Shown here: one piece after another, positions 60,864 through 64,000 of the stretch
Layout of the letters: each line of letters opens with the position of its first letter
Numbering within the stretch: position 1 is the stretch's first letter
Source of the DNA: a phage
DNA length: 64,000 bases
Sequence record: PZ452596.1
Strand: one strand, 5' to 3'
The notes under the pieces: generated by a model
The model's database searches: none
Seen by the model: the letters and a program-made list of their open reading frames with translations, nothing else
What the model was told of the DNA's origin: nothing
Translations under genes and position numbers: made by a program

Positions 60864-64000
<3,137 letters not shown>

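Overview
This window is a T4-like (T-even, Tevenvirinae) phage genome segment; the call rests on protein-level recognition of many T4 core genes (for example the lysozyme e, RI, endonuclease VII, thioredoxin NrdC and RegB are near-identical to T4 as I recall them). Positions 1-43426 are an early/middle region transcribed on the minus strand: 45 (partial), rpbA, 46, 47, a-gt, 55, nrdH, nrdG, intronless nrdD, 49, pin, nrdC, a block of accessory genes, rI, tk, vs, regB, a GrcA-like gene, an internal protein, e, nudE, more accessory genes, a tRNA cluster, an IPI-like gene, 57B, 57A, 1, 3, 2, 4. Positions 43474-64000 are late structural genes on the plus strand: 53, 5, 5.1, 5.4, 6, 7, 8, 9, 10, 11, 12, wac, 13, 14, 15, 16 and the 5' part of 17. 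I decoded 10 tRNAs by hand (Gln, Leu, Gly, Pro, Ser, Thr, Ile, Tyr, Asn, Arg); T4 has 8 as I recall, so Tyr and Asn are extra. At least 14 minus-strand early promoters share one architecture (-35 GTTTAC, 18-19 nt spacer, -10 TAnnAT), and GC-rich tetraloop hairpins act as terminators. The most interesting accessory content is: a 153-aa internal-protein-like gene with a capsid-targeting N-terminus, exactly flanked by two 35-bp direct repeats of a terminator hairpin; a macro-domain-like protein; a stand-alone terminase-like P-loop ATPase where T4 carries denV (denV itself was not found); a nucleotidyltransferase next to an AAA+ ATPase; and several tandem paralog families. No homing endonucleases, introns or CRISPR arrays were seen. 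All homology and novelty statements come from reading the sequence plus recall of T4 biology; no database search was run.
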